Positions 10,586-19,246 of a stretch of DNA of 64,000 bases are shown in pieces. How positions within the stretch are numbered: position 1 is the first letter of the stretch; every line of letters begins with the position of its first letter. The DNA is from Chloroflexota bacterium (GTDB taxonomy: Bacteria; Chloroflexota; UBA11872; VXNJ01). A program made the position numbers and the translations under genes. The notes under the pieces are model-generated. The model was not told the origin of the DNA. It made no database searches and saw nothing but the letters and a program-made list of their open reading frames with translations. The DNA is taken from positions 1,024,001-1,088,000 of the forward strand of contig OZ253449.1 of NCBI GenBank assembly GCA_965261345.1, given 5' to 3'.

Positions 10586-11166
10586 CGCGCCGCTTGGTCC
10601 TAGAAGCCCGGCCGAAAAGCCCCTGTACAAAGGGCTAATCCGTCATCAAACATATAAAATATCAACAGGCATCTTGCGGAGCCTTTCCATTGATAAAAAC
10701 ATAGCATTGCCGGGTGGTGGAGACATGCTGGGGACCCATGCCCAAAAGGGCTTCTTCCAGACCGACGGCCTGCACCTTGACTACGTAGGACGCGATACCT
10801 TCTACGGCCGCCTGGCGGGCATGCGGGGAGAGCTGTTCAAAGACGAAGATTTCGCCGATCTCTACTGCGCCGACAACGGCCGCCCCAGCGTGGCGCCCTC
10901 GCTGCTGGCCACCGTTCTCCTGCTGCAGGCCCACGATAAGGTCTCTGACAACGAGGCCAAGCAGCGGGCCGACTACGACCTGCGCTGGAAGGTGGCGCTG
11001 GGGACCGAGCTGGAAGAACGCGCGTTCGCCAAGTCCACATTGCAGCTGTTTCGCTCGCAGCTGATCGTTCACGGCAGGGCGCGGGGGATATTTCGCCGCT
11101 CCCTGCAGCACGCCTGAACAGCGACAGTTATTCTGGCCGGGTGTGTGTCACTTATTTTGGCCGGTT

Positions 11167-11416
11167 TCAATCCGACTTTAACTCCTCCTTTTCAAGCCCG
11201 GTCCGGTAACTGGGCACGTCAAATTCAAGTACTACGGCGTGATGGACGATTCGGTCGGCCGCCGCCGCGGTCGCCATCGGATTGGGAAAGATCTTGCCCC
11301 ATTCGGAGAAGACCAGGTTTGATGAGATCCCGATCGAGCGCCGCTCGTAGCGCTCGGCGATCAGGGTAAAGAGCACCTCGGCCTCATCTGTCCCCTGCGG
11401 CAGGTAACCCAAATCG
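11167..11416 (-). pseudogene. istB: IS21 helper ATPase IstB, C-terminal fragment
   Basis: DLGYLPQ...EAEVLFTLIAERYERRSIGISSNL.FSEW...AAADRIVHHA...SYR. Confidence 0.88.
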
Positions 11417-11418
11417 CG

Positions 11419-13096
11419 CATTGACTCACTGTTTTTGTAACCCAAACAGGGCCGTTGCCTCACTAGATTTGTAACCCAAATCCACAGGGAGGCAACCGAT
11501 GCGAGGAAAGAAGCTGAGCCGGGCGGTGCGGAAGGAGCTGCTAGCGGCCTTAAGGGGCCGCTATGCGAGGGCGTCCAAGATCGACAAGGGCGGAATCCTT
11601 AACGAGTTCGTGGCTCTATCTGGCCACAACCGCAAATACGCAACCCGATTGCTGGGCAATGCTGCAAGCCCTGCTCCGGCACCGCCCACCAAGTCCTCAT
11701 ACCGCATCTACGACGAGGCCGTCAGGGAGTCTTTGATCATCCTTAAGGGAAGCGGCCGATCGGATCTGCGGCAAACGGTTGCAAGCGATATTGCCCAGCC
11801 TGATCGAATCGCTGGAAGGGCATGGCCACCTGCAGCTTGATCTGGACCTTAAAAGCAAGCTCTTCGCGATCAGCCCGGCATCGATCGATCGCCTCCTCAA
11901 ACCAGTCCGCAAGACCGCCGGCAGCAGTCGACGGCGTCACCCCCGCCGCCGCAACCGTCATCACGCCAAGGTCCCGATCCGGACGTTTGCCGATTGGCAT
12001 GGCCCCGACCCCGGCTACCTGGAAATAGATCTGGTGGCCCACTGTGGTGGCAACATGGCCGGGAGCTTCATCCAGTCCCTGTCGGTTACCGATGTGTGCT
12101 CGGGCTGGGTGGAGGCAGTCCCGCTGCTGGCAAGGGAGCAGACGCTTGTGACCGAGGCGCTTGAGGTTATAGGCGGGCGGGTACCGGTGCCAATACTTGG
12201 AATCGATACTGACAACGACAGCGCCTTTATCTCCCAGACCCTTATCGATTACTGCCAAGAGCGTGAAATCGAGTTCACCCGCTCACGCGCCTACCGCTCC
12301 AACGATCAGGCCTACATCGAACAGAAGAACGGCGCCGTAATCAGACGCTTTGCCGGTTACGAGCGCTTTGCCGGCCTCATCGCCGGACAGACCCTGGCCC
12401 GACTCTTTGCCTTAGTTGGTCTCTACACCAATTTCTTCCAACCGTCTTTCAAACTGATCTCCAAGCAGCGCTATGGAGCCAGAACCCAAAAGCGCTACGA
12501 CCGTCCGCTAACTCCCTGCCAGCGCCTGCTCGATCACCCCGCCGTTGCCGAAAAGGTCAAGGAGGGGTTGCGCGCTACGCGCTTGCAACTGGATCCGCTC
12601 TTGCTCCTTAGCGAGATCCGCCAGGCCCAGTCGGCCCTGGCCACATTGGCATCGCCCGAGGAAAGAAGCAAGGTGCAAAAGGATGATCTGTCGCAGTTCC
12701 TGGCCAAGCTCTCTCATCTGTGGCGCGAGGGCGATGCAAATCCGACCCGCCGTCCAAAACGAAAGCGCCGCAGGTGGTGGCGGACTTGCCCCGACCCCCT
12801 AGAGCACGTCTGGCCCGCGGCGCTTACCTACCTGCAGGATCATCCCGACGCCAGCGGCATGCAGATCCTGAAAGTGCTCATGCGTGATCACCCCGACGCC
12901 GTCGGGCCCAAGCAGCTGCGGACGTTGCAGCGAAGGCTCAAGCAATGGCGGTCGGTGATGGCCAAAGAGCTTGTATACGGAGTCGTAAACGGTGCTGATG
13001 GTGCGGTTGAGAACGCCGAAATCGTAAGTGAAATCGCGCCAATCGGAGTCAAATAAACGGTCCCAAATTTCGGTTACATTTTTTGGTGAGGCAACG
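11419..13096 (+). mobile_element. ISNCY-type element (integrase-core DDE transposase)
   Basis: Left CGTTGCCTCACTAGATTTGTAACC (11453, with a degenerate copy at 11419); right end rc CGTTGCCTCACCAAAAAATGTAACC ending 13096. Confidence 0.7.
11499..13056 (+). pseudogene. ISNCY-type transposase with frameshift near 11745
   Basis: Frame 1 reads RKELL..LRGRY..ASK..KG.ILNEFV...YDEAVRESLIIL; the next frame continues EAADRICGKRL...PGYLEIDLVAHCG...DTDNDSAF...TRSRAYRSNDQAYIEQKN. Confidence 0.8.
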
Positions 13097-14814
13097 GGAA
13101 CCGGACAAAGTAACTGTCGCGGATCACACGCCCGCAAAAAGGGCTTCTTCAAGGGCCAGAGCATGAAGCTGGCGATCGATACCACCGCCATCCTGGGCAG
13201 GGGCGCGGTGCGGGACGCCTACAACCTGATCGGGGACGGCTGCCGCCTGCTGGTCGGCGCCCTGGCCGAACAGGATGGCCAAGACCCCAAAGAGTGGGCC
13301 CGCCAACACGGCTACAACCTGCATGCCGGCAAGAGCCTGAAGGGCGCTGTCGCCATCGACTGGTCGGACCGTAAACAGCGCCGCCGGTTCCTGGGGCGGA
13401 TCGTCAGAGACGCCGACTCGCTGCTGGCAAGGGCCCGCAGCGCGCTTGAATCCCCTGCTCCCGACAATAAGCGCGCCGATAAGATCCTGGCCTGCTCGCA
13501 GCTGCTGTCGCAGATCCTGCTCCAGGACGTAAAACGCGTCCCCGCGGAACCGGCAAAACCGGTTCCCGACGACCGCGATCGGCTGCTGCTGCCGGCGGGA
13601 ACCGACGCCGGCGAGGTCGATCCCGCCCCGGTGGCGGTCAGAGACAGGGGTGTCGCGGCCAGGGATTCGGCCGACGGCGCAGATGGCGAGGAAGTGGAGA
13701 TCGTCCGGGGCGGACGCGACCGGATCATATCGGCGCACGATCCGCAGATGCGCCATGGACGCAAGAGCTCGACCAACCGCTTTGCCGGCCACAAGGCCGC
13801 CATCGCCGTAGATTTGTCAACCGGCCTGGTAACCGCGGTGGACGTGATCCCGGGCAACGCCCCCGACAACTGCGGCGCCCTGGCGCTGGTGCGGGAGGCC
13901 GAAGAGAACGCCGCCGCCAAAGTCGAGATCGTCATCGGCGACTGCGCCTACGGGGCTGGCGACACCCGCAAGGACTTCGCCGACGCCGGGTACGACCTCT
14001 TCGCCAGGGCGCCGGGTAAACCAGCCAGCCGCTACTTTGTAAAGCAGGACTTTGCCATCGATCTGGAAAAGGGAACCTGCATCTGCCCGGCCGGGCAGAT
14101 AACTTCCGATTACCGCCGCTCGCGCTCCCGGCGCAGCGCCAAGACACGCGCCGGCCTCTTCCACTTCGCTAAAGAGCAGTGCTCGGCCTGTCCGCTCAAG
14201 AGATCCTGCATACGCTCTGCGACCAAACCCAACCGCCGCATCAGCGTCCATCCCCAGGAACGCCTGCTGCAGCAGGCCCGCATCCGCCAGCGCAGTAAGG
14301 AAGGCTTAAAGATCGCGCGCCTTAGAACCCGCGTCGAGCACCGCCTGGCCAGGCTCTGCCAGCTGGGCGTGCGCCAGTCGCGGTTCTTTGGCAGGCAACT
14401 TGCCGGGTTCCAGCTGCTGATGGCGGCCACGGTGGCCAACCTAACGCTTGCCGAAGGGGAGTCGTGGAAAAGGAAACCCTCGGGAACCGACCCGGGCCGG
14501 GAAGCCGGGCTGACCGCGGCCGCCGCAAACGGCCGGGAGGCGGCGCAGATGGCGATGGAGGGCAATCGGAACGGGGTCGCCGAAGGCCGGGAAGTAGCTT
14601 CTGCGCCGGTAATGGAAGGACCTGCGAATCGGGATTTGGCGCGGGGTCTTAAAAATGCGGTTGCCGCCGGCGCGATCGTTGCATGGGCCCAGAATTCCCA
14701 CGAAATATCGATCCAGAGTGTCCTAAATCGGTTTGGCGGCCTCAGGGAGGTCTTCGAGGTCATTGCTAATCTGTTTGAGCCCCGACGCGCGTTTTGGGCT
14801 TTTCGGCCTGGTTT

Positions 14815-16089
14815 CTAGGGAGCGATCGGGGCTGGGCCGAGCACCCTGTAGCCGTTGTTTTCCTCGGTCCGCTCAGCCAGCGGCAGGATCTCAACGACGA
14901 CATTGGACAACCCGACAACTTCGCCATCGGCGTCAAAGCTGTAATCGATCCCAATGCTTCCGCTCCAGGTGATCCCGTAGAGGCAATCCCTGAACCCGTC
15001 AGCGTCCTGGTCATCGCCGGTTTGACCCAGACATTCGGCGGTTATGTACACATCGTCGTAAGCCGATCCAATGTACCAGGGCAAGGTCACGTAGTCGTAG
15101 CGGTCGCGGAAGCTGGATAGGACGCTCTGCCCCTTAACGTTGCCCGGGTCTATATCGGTGGAGATTACCTTTAGTCCGGTCGCCGCGTCGCCGGCAATCT
15201 CCAGGGCGGTGGCGCCGGCCGCTACGATTTCCCCGTAAAGCGGGCCATCATAGCCCAGCTCGCGCAATTGCTTGACTATCGTTCCGCCGGCGAATTCGCT
15301 CTGCGCGGCGATGTGAATGGCCCCAGGATCTGCGCCCAGTAATTTCGTCAGTTGACTGCGGAAATCGGTCACATCAGAGGCGTAGCGTTCCTCGGCGAGA
15401 AGCTCCCCACCAAGTTCGAGGAACTGATCTACGGTCGTCCGTCGCACGCCCTCGGCATAGTCGGTCGACTCGGAAATGGTGGCCAGGCTGCGGACGCCGT
15501 CGGCCCAGAGAACATTGCCGGTGTCGATTCCCAATTGCAGATCGCTTAGGGCGGTCCGGAAAATGTAATCGCCGGCTTGGGCTATGTCCGGATTGGTGGC
15601 CAGCCCCGAAAACATTACCACCTGGTCTTCTTCAGCCAGCGGCGCGGCTCCCAACATCGCTCCGCTGCAGGATGTGCCCAGGATGATCCTGACCCCGTCG
15701 ACGTCGGTTAGTTTGCGATATGCGGTAATTGAGTCCTGCGCGTTGCATTTGGAGTCCTCAACCACCAGTTCCAGCATCCGCCCACCAACCCCGCCGGCGG
15801 CATTGATCTCATCAACCGCCATCTGTTTGGCCTGCAGCGACACGGTACCATAGGTTTCCCCGGGGCCGGTGAGCGACTCCATCACGCCGATGCGAAATGG
15901 GGCGAGCGGCTCCGGGGTGGGCTCGGCGGCGGCCGGGACGATGGTGGCGACCGTGGCCGGTTCCGGTTGCGGCGGCGGGGAATCGCCGTTGCAGGCTGCA
16001 ATCGCGACCGCCAGACCGGCCAAAGTCAGGCTGAGCGCTAAGGCTTTTAAACGTTTTTTGAATTTCCGCACTTGGACTCTCTCACACAC
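14815..16089 (-). CDS. LivK/LivJ-like ABC substrate-binding lipoprotein
   Basis: Lipobox IAAC; IGVMESLTG, VDEINAAGGVGGR and VEDSKC motifs. Start uncertain. Confidence 0.88.
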   Translation of the reverse strand: MCERVQVRKFKKRLKALALSLTLAGLAVAIAACNGDSPPPQPEPATVATIVPAAAEPTPEPLAPFRIGVMESLTGPGETYGTVSLQAKQMAVDEINAAGGVGGRMLELVVEDSKCNAQDSITAYRKLTDVDGVRIILGTSCSGAMLGAAPLAEEDQVVMFSGLATNPDIAQAGDYIFRTALSDLQLGIDTGNVLWADGVRSLATISESTDYAEGVRRTTVDQFLELGGELLAEERYASDVTDFRSQLTKLLGADPGAIHIAAQSEFAGGTIVKQLRELGYDGPLYGEIVAAGATALEIAGDAATGLKVISTDIDPGNVKGQSVLSSFRDRYDYVTLPWYIGSAYDDVYITAECLGQTGDDQDADGFRDCLYGITWSGSIGIDYSFDADGEVVGLSNVVVEILPLAERTEENNGYRVLGPAPIAP

Positions 16090-16270
16090 TGCGCACCGCG
16101 CCCGCGGGCCATGTCAACCGGTATGTTGAATCTAAACAGTAGGGGGCCGATTCGTCAATTGCCGATAAGGGCGGAATCGACCTGCAATCACTGCCCGAGC
16201 GCACGCCGGAGCGTGCCTACACGCCGGCTGGAAACCGGGCGGGCCACCGCGGCGAGTGGACCGCTGGAGG

Positions 16271-16807
16271 CTACTCGCTCAACAGGGCGAGGTGATCTTT
16301 GCGGAATTTGACAACCTTGGGTTCAATAAGAAACTGGCAGTATGCCTGACCCCGGTTGCGCCGAAAGTACTCGCGGTGGTAGTTCTCGGCCGGGTAGAAA
16401 TCGGACAGCGGTTCAATCTCGGTCACGATCGGCGCCGACCAGATCCGCTTAGCGGAAATTTCGGCCACAACCTGCCCGGCCTCCCGACGCTGATCTTCGG
16501 AGTGGAAATAAATTGCAGATCGGTATTGTGTACCTACGTCGGGCCCCTGGCGATTCAGCGTCGTGGGATCGTGAATCCCGAAAAAAACCTCGACCAGCTC
16601 TGTAAACGAGACAACGTCGGAATCAAAGGTCAGCTGGACCGCCTCGGCGTGGCCGGTCATGCCACCGCAGACCTGTTCGTAAGTGGGATTTATGACCGAT
16701 CCGCCAATGTATCCTGATTCAGCCTTCTCGACGCCGCGGACCAGCTCATAAACCGCCTCCAGACACCAAAAACAGCCTCCCGCCAGCGTCGCCTTCTCCC
16801 GTGCCAT
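16271..16807 (-). CDS. msrA: Peptide-methionine (S)-S-oxide reductase
   Basis: GGCFWC, HDPTTLNRQG.D.GTQYRS and AENYH motifs. Confidence 0.95.
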   Translation of the reverse strand: MAREKATLAGGCFWCLEAVYELVRGVEKAESGYIGGSVINPTYEQVCGGMTGHAEAVQLTFDSDVVSFTELVEVFFGIHDPTTLNRQGPDVGTQYRSAIYFHSEDQRREAGQVVAEISAKRIWSAPIVTEIEPLSDFYPAENYHREYFRRNRGQAYCQFLIEPKVVKFRKDHLALLSE

Positions 16808-17072
16808 AAGACCTAATCCTTGAAATAGTCGTGAAGCGGAGTTCCGGTTGCCTCTCCGCCCCGCGATCTTAAGAATCACATAACGCCTCGCCAAATGCCG
16901 CCCCGGTCAATTCCGGCGGCTCGTTTAGCACCTAACCCTGCCTGCCTTAAGGGCATTTCCGCGACGGTCGGCCGCAACCCGCCAGAGAAGTCTGGTGGTC
17001 AAATTCATCCTGAGGTTTGGATACAGTAACTCATACGTTAGAAAAAGTCAGCGACGGGATTGCGGAGCGGCG

Positions 17073-18125
17073 ATGCGAGTTAAGCGGGTGTTGGTACCTG
17101 ATAAAAACCAAGTTTTTTTGCAAGAAATTGAAATACCCGACCAACCGGAGGCCAACCAGGTCACGATCGAAACCGAGGCGACTTTCATATCCGCCGGAAC
17201 CGAGCTGGCAAACTACACGGCGCTATCCGCCGCGGTATACGAGAAAGGGTCCTGGTGCGAATACCCTTGGCCTTCGGGTTACTCCAACGTGGGCCACATC
17301 ATCGACCGCGGCGCCGCGGTCGAACAATTCGCGGTCGGAGACCGGGTATTTACCTTTGGCAATCACCAACAGATCCACCATGCCACGGTCTTTGATCCTG
17401 ACGCCAAAGAGAACGACTCGGGATCGCTGATGGTCAAGGTCCCGGACGCGCTTGATTCGGTGACCGCCGCGGCCTGCCGAATGCCGCTGGTGGCGATGAG
17501 CTCGCTCTCAAACACCCGCAAGCGCTTAAACGATACGGTCGGAGTGTGGGGCCTTGGCATGGTCGGCAACATGGCGGCGCAACTGTTTCAGCTGGCTGGC
17601 TGCAAGGTGATCGGGATCGACCCGGCCGGTTTTCGCCGGCATCTAGCTCAATCGATCGGCCTCGATAACGTGGTCGGTCCCGAACCCGGCGAAATTCACT
17701 CCCAAATGGCGGCCATCGGCGCCGATTCGAACGGTCTGGATATTGCCGTCGACGCGGTCGGTGAATCGGCAATCCTGGCCCAAATCCACCGGTACGTCCG
17801 CAAGTTCGGCCAGGTGACTCTGCTCGGTTCGCCGCGCCGCGAGCATGTGGGCGACATGAACCCGTTGCTCTCAGATGTGCACATGCGCGGGCTCAAACTG
17901 CGGGGTTCGCTTGAGTGGCTCATCCCGATGACCCCGCAAACCGCCATCGACGTGTCCACCCTGCACAACCTAAAAACCGTCCACGATCTGGCCGCCCGCG
18001 GCCGCCTCATTCTGGATCCGCTAATCTCGCACCGCCTGCCTCCCCAGGAGATTGAACGCGCCTACAAGGGGCTTCTCAATGACAAAGAGAACTACCTGGG
18101 GGTCGCGCTGATATGGAGCAACTGA
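17073..18125 (+). CDS. Medium-chain (zinc-binding-type) dehydrogenase/oxidoreductase
   Basis: ISAGTE, GYSNVG and GxGxxG (GLGMVG) motifs. Confidence 0.85.
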   Translation: MRVKRVLVPDKNQVFLQEIEIPDQPEANQVTIETEATFISAGTELANYTALSAAVYEKGSWCEYPWPSGYSNVGHIIDRGAAVEQFAVGDRVFTFGNHQQIHHATVFDPDAKENDSGSLMVKVPDALDSVTAAACRMPLVAMSSLSNTRKRLNDTVGVWGLGMVGNMAAQLFQLAGCKVIGIDPAGFRRHLAQSIGLDNVVGPEPGEIHSQMAAIGADSNGLDIAVDAVGESAILAQIHRYVRKFGQVTLLGSPRREHVGDMNPLLSDVHMRGLKLRGSLEWLIPMTPQTAIDVSTLHNLKTVHDLAARGRLILDPLISHRLPPQEIERAYKGLLNDKENYLGVALIWSN

Positions 18126-18364
18126 GCGAGGTGGACCTGAGTACGTCCTCCACGGGCTTGCAAACGCGCTGCTGCTGGTAACATTTCGATGTTGTCGCGC
18201 AAGCTGCCGCGGCCTTGATAAAGCAGGCAGCATGCCGGCGTTTGGGGTTGGCGTTTCCGGGTCCCTCGTTGGGTTTGCGGAGAAGCCGACTTTTTATTTG
18301 CGAGCCGCCTAGGAATGCCACGCGCTTGGAGATAGCCCAATTAACCCAACAGGATTGGGTCCAC

Positions 18365-18622
18365 ATGTCGGCAATCGCCGCCCATGCCTGGGTATTTGCG
18401 CTCTGCATGCTGTTGGCGGCCGCATCATACCTGTTGGCGCACTCGATGGCGCCCTCGCTGGTTTACACCGGCGACTTGGATCCGCGCGTCGGCGCCGTGT
18501 TGCGCCTGCTCGTATATCCGGCGGTAGTTACCTTCGGATTGCTGGCGATTGTGGTGCTGGTAAAGGGCGCAATGCTGGGCCTTGAAGTCCTGCCGGATCT
18601 CTACCCGCGCGTATTCGTATGA
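18365..18622 (+). CDS. Small 2-TM hypothetical protein coupled to actA
   Basis: Two hydrophobic stretches; ATGA overlap with the actA start. Confidence 0.55.
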   Translation: MSAIAAHAWVFALCMLLAAASYLLAHSMAPSLVYTGDLDPRVGAVLRLLVYPAVVTFGLLAIVVLVKGAMLGLEVLPDLYPRVFV

Positions 18623-19242
18623 AGATCAACCTGATCTCGGTCATTACCGCTTTTCTACCGAAGCTGAGCCTGCGCCAGATGCTGATGCTGGCCGTGCCCG
18701 GAACCGTGCTCGGTGGCGGCGCGGTGACCGGGGTGTTCCTGCTCGTCTTCCTGGGTGCCTCGGGTGGGACTTTGCGCCCCGCGCCGGACCAGCCGATTCC
18801 CTTCGACCACTCAATCCATGCTGGTGAATTGGCAATCGCCTGTGAGTTCTGTCACCGCGGCGTAGTCGAACAGGCTGCCGCCACCATCCCCTCGCTGGAG
18901 CAGTGCATGTTCTGCCATTCGGTTGTCGCCACGGACCGTCCGGCGATCCAGCAGCTGCGCGTAGCATTCGAAAGTGGCGAAGGGATCGCCTGGGCGCGGG
19001 TCCACCGGTTGCCCGACCACGTCCGATTCGTGCACTCCCCACACATTGATGCCGGAATCGAATGTTCGACCTGCCACGGAGACGTTGCCAATATGAGCAC
19101 GGTCAAACAGGTTGTCAACCTGAACATGGGCACTTGCATGGGTTGTCACCGCAACACCAACGACAAGTCGATCGGCGCAAACAACCCGCATCCGATAAAT
19201 CCCGATTTCGCCTCGCTCGACTGCGCGATCTGTCACAAGTGA
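18619..19242 (+). CDS. actA: Alternative complex III pentaheme cytochrome c
   Basis: Five CxxCH motifs; QPIPFDH..H and W.RVHRLPDHV.F.H..H signatures. Confidence 0.88.
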   Translation: MKINLISVITAFLPKLSLRQMLMLAVPGTVLGGGAVTGVFLLVFLGASGGTLRPAPDQPIPFDHSIHAGELAIACEFCHRGVVEQAAATIPSLEQCMFCHSVVATDRPAIQQLRVAFESGEGIAWARVHRLPDHVRFVHSPHIDAGIECSTCHGDVANMSTVKQVVNLNMGTCMGCHRNTNDKSIGANNPHPINPDFASLDCAICHK

Positions 19243-19246
19243 TTTC

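Larger units (their letters stand above)
11115..13126 (-). mobile_element. IS21-family remnant: both ends intact, istA absent
   Basis: TG...CA ends TGAACAGCGACAGTTATTCTGGCCGG / rc TGATCCGCGACAGTTACTTTGTCCGG; 6-bp TSD CACGCC at 11109-11114 and 13127-13132. Confidence 0.85.
10604..14814 (+). mobile_element. IS1182-family IS (contains nested elements)
   Basis: Imperfect terminal IRs AAGCCCGGCCGAAAAGCCC / rc AAACCAGGCCGAAAAGCCC, flanked by CTAG at 10600-10603 and 14815-14818. Confidence 0.85.
10725..14818 (+). pseudogene. IS1182-family transposase split by nested insertion (10725-11114 plus 13133-14818)
   Basis: N-part is DUF772-like (GRPSVAP..L..VLLLQ...VSD). C-part has IDTT, DPQMRHG, GDCAYG, CPAGQ and CxxCxxxxxC. 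Removing the insert restores LQHA-RKKGFF in frame. Confidence 0.88.

Noticed and set aside
11735-11760. Programmed frameshift in the ISNCY transposase (likewise IS256 near 58180)
   Set aside because: No slippery heptamer or stimulator is evident; better explained as an inactivating indel or sequencing error.
13028-13132. N-terminus of the 596-aa ORF as a real start
   Set aside because: It is read-through of IS ends; the true N-terminus is at 10725.
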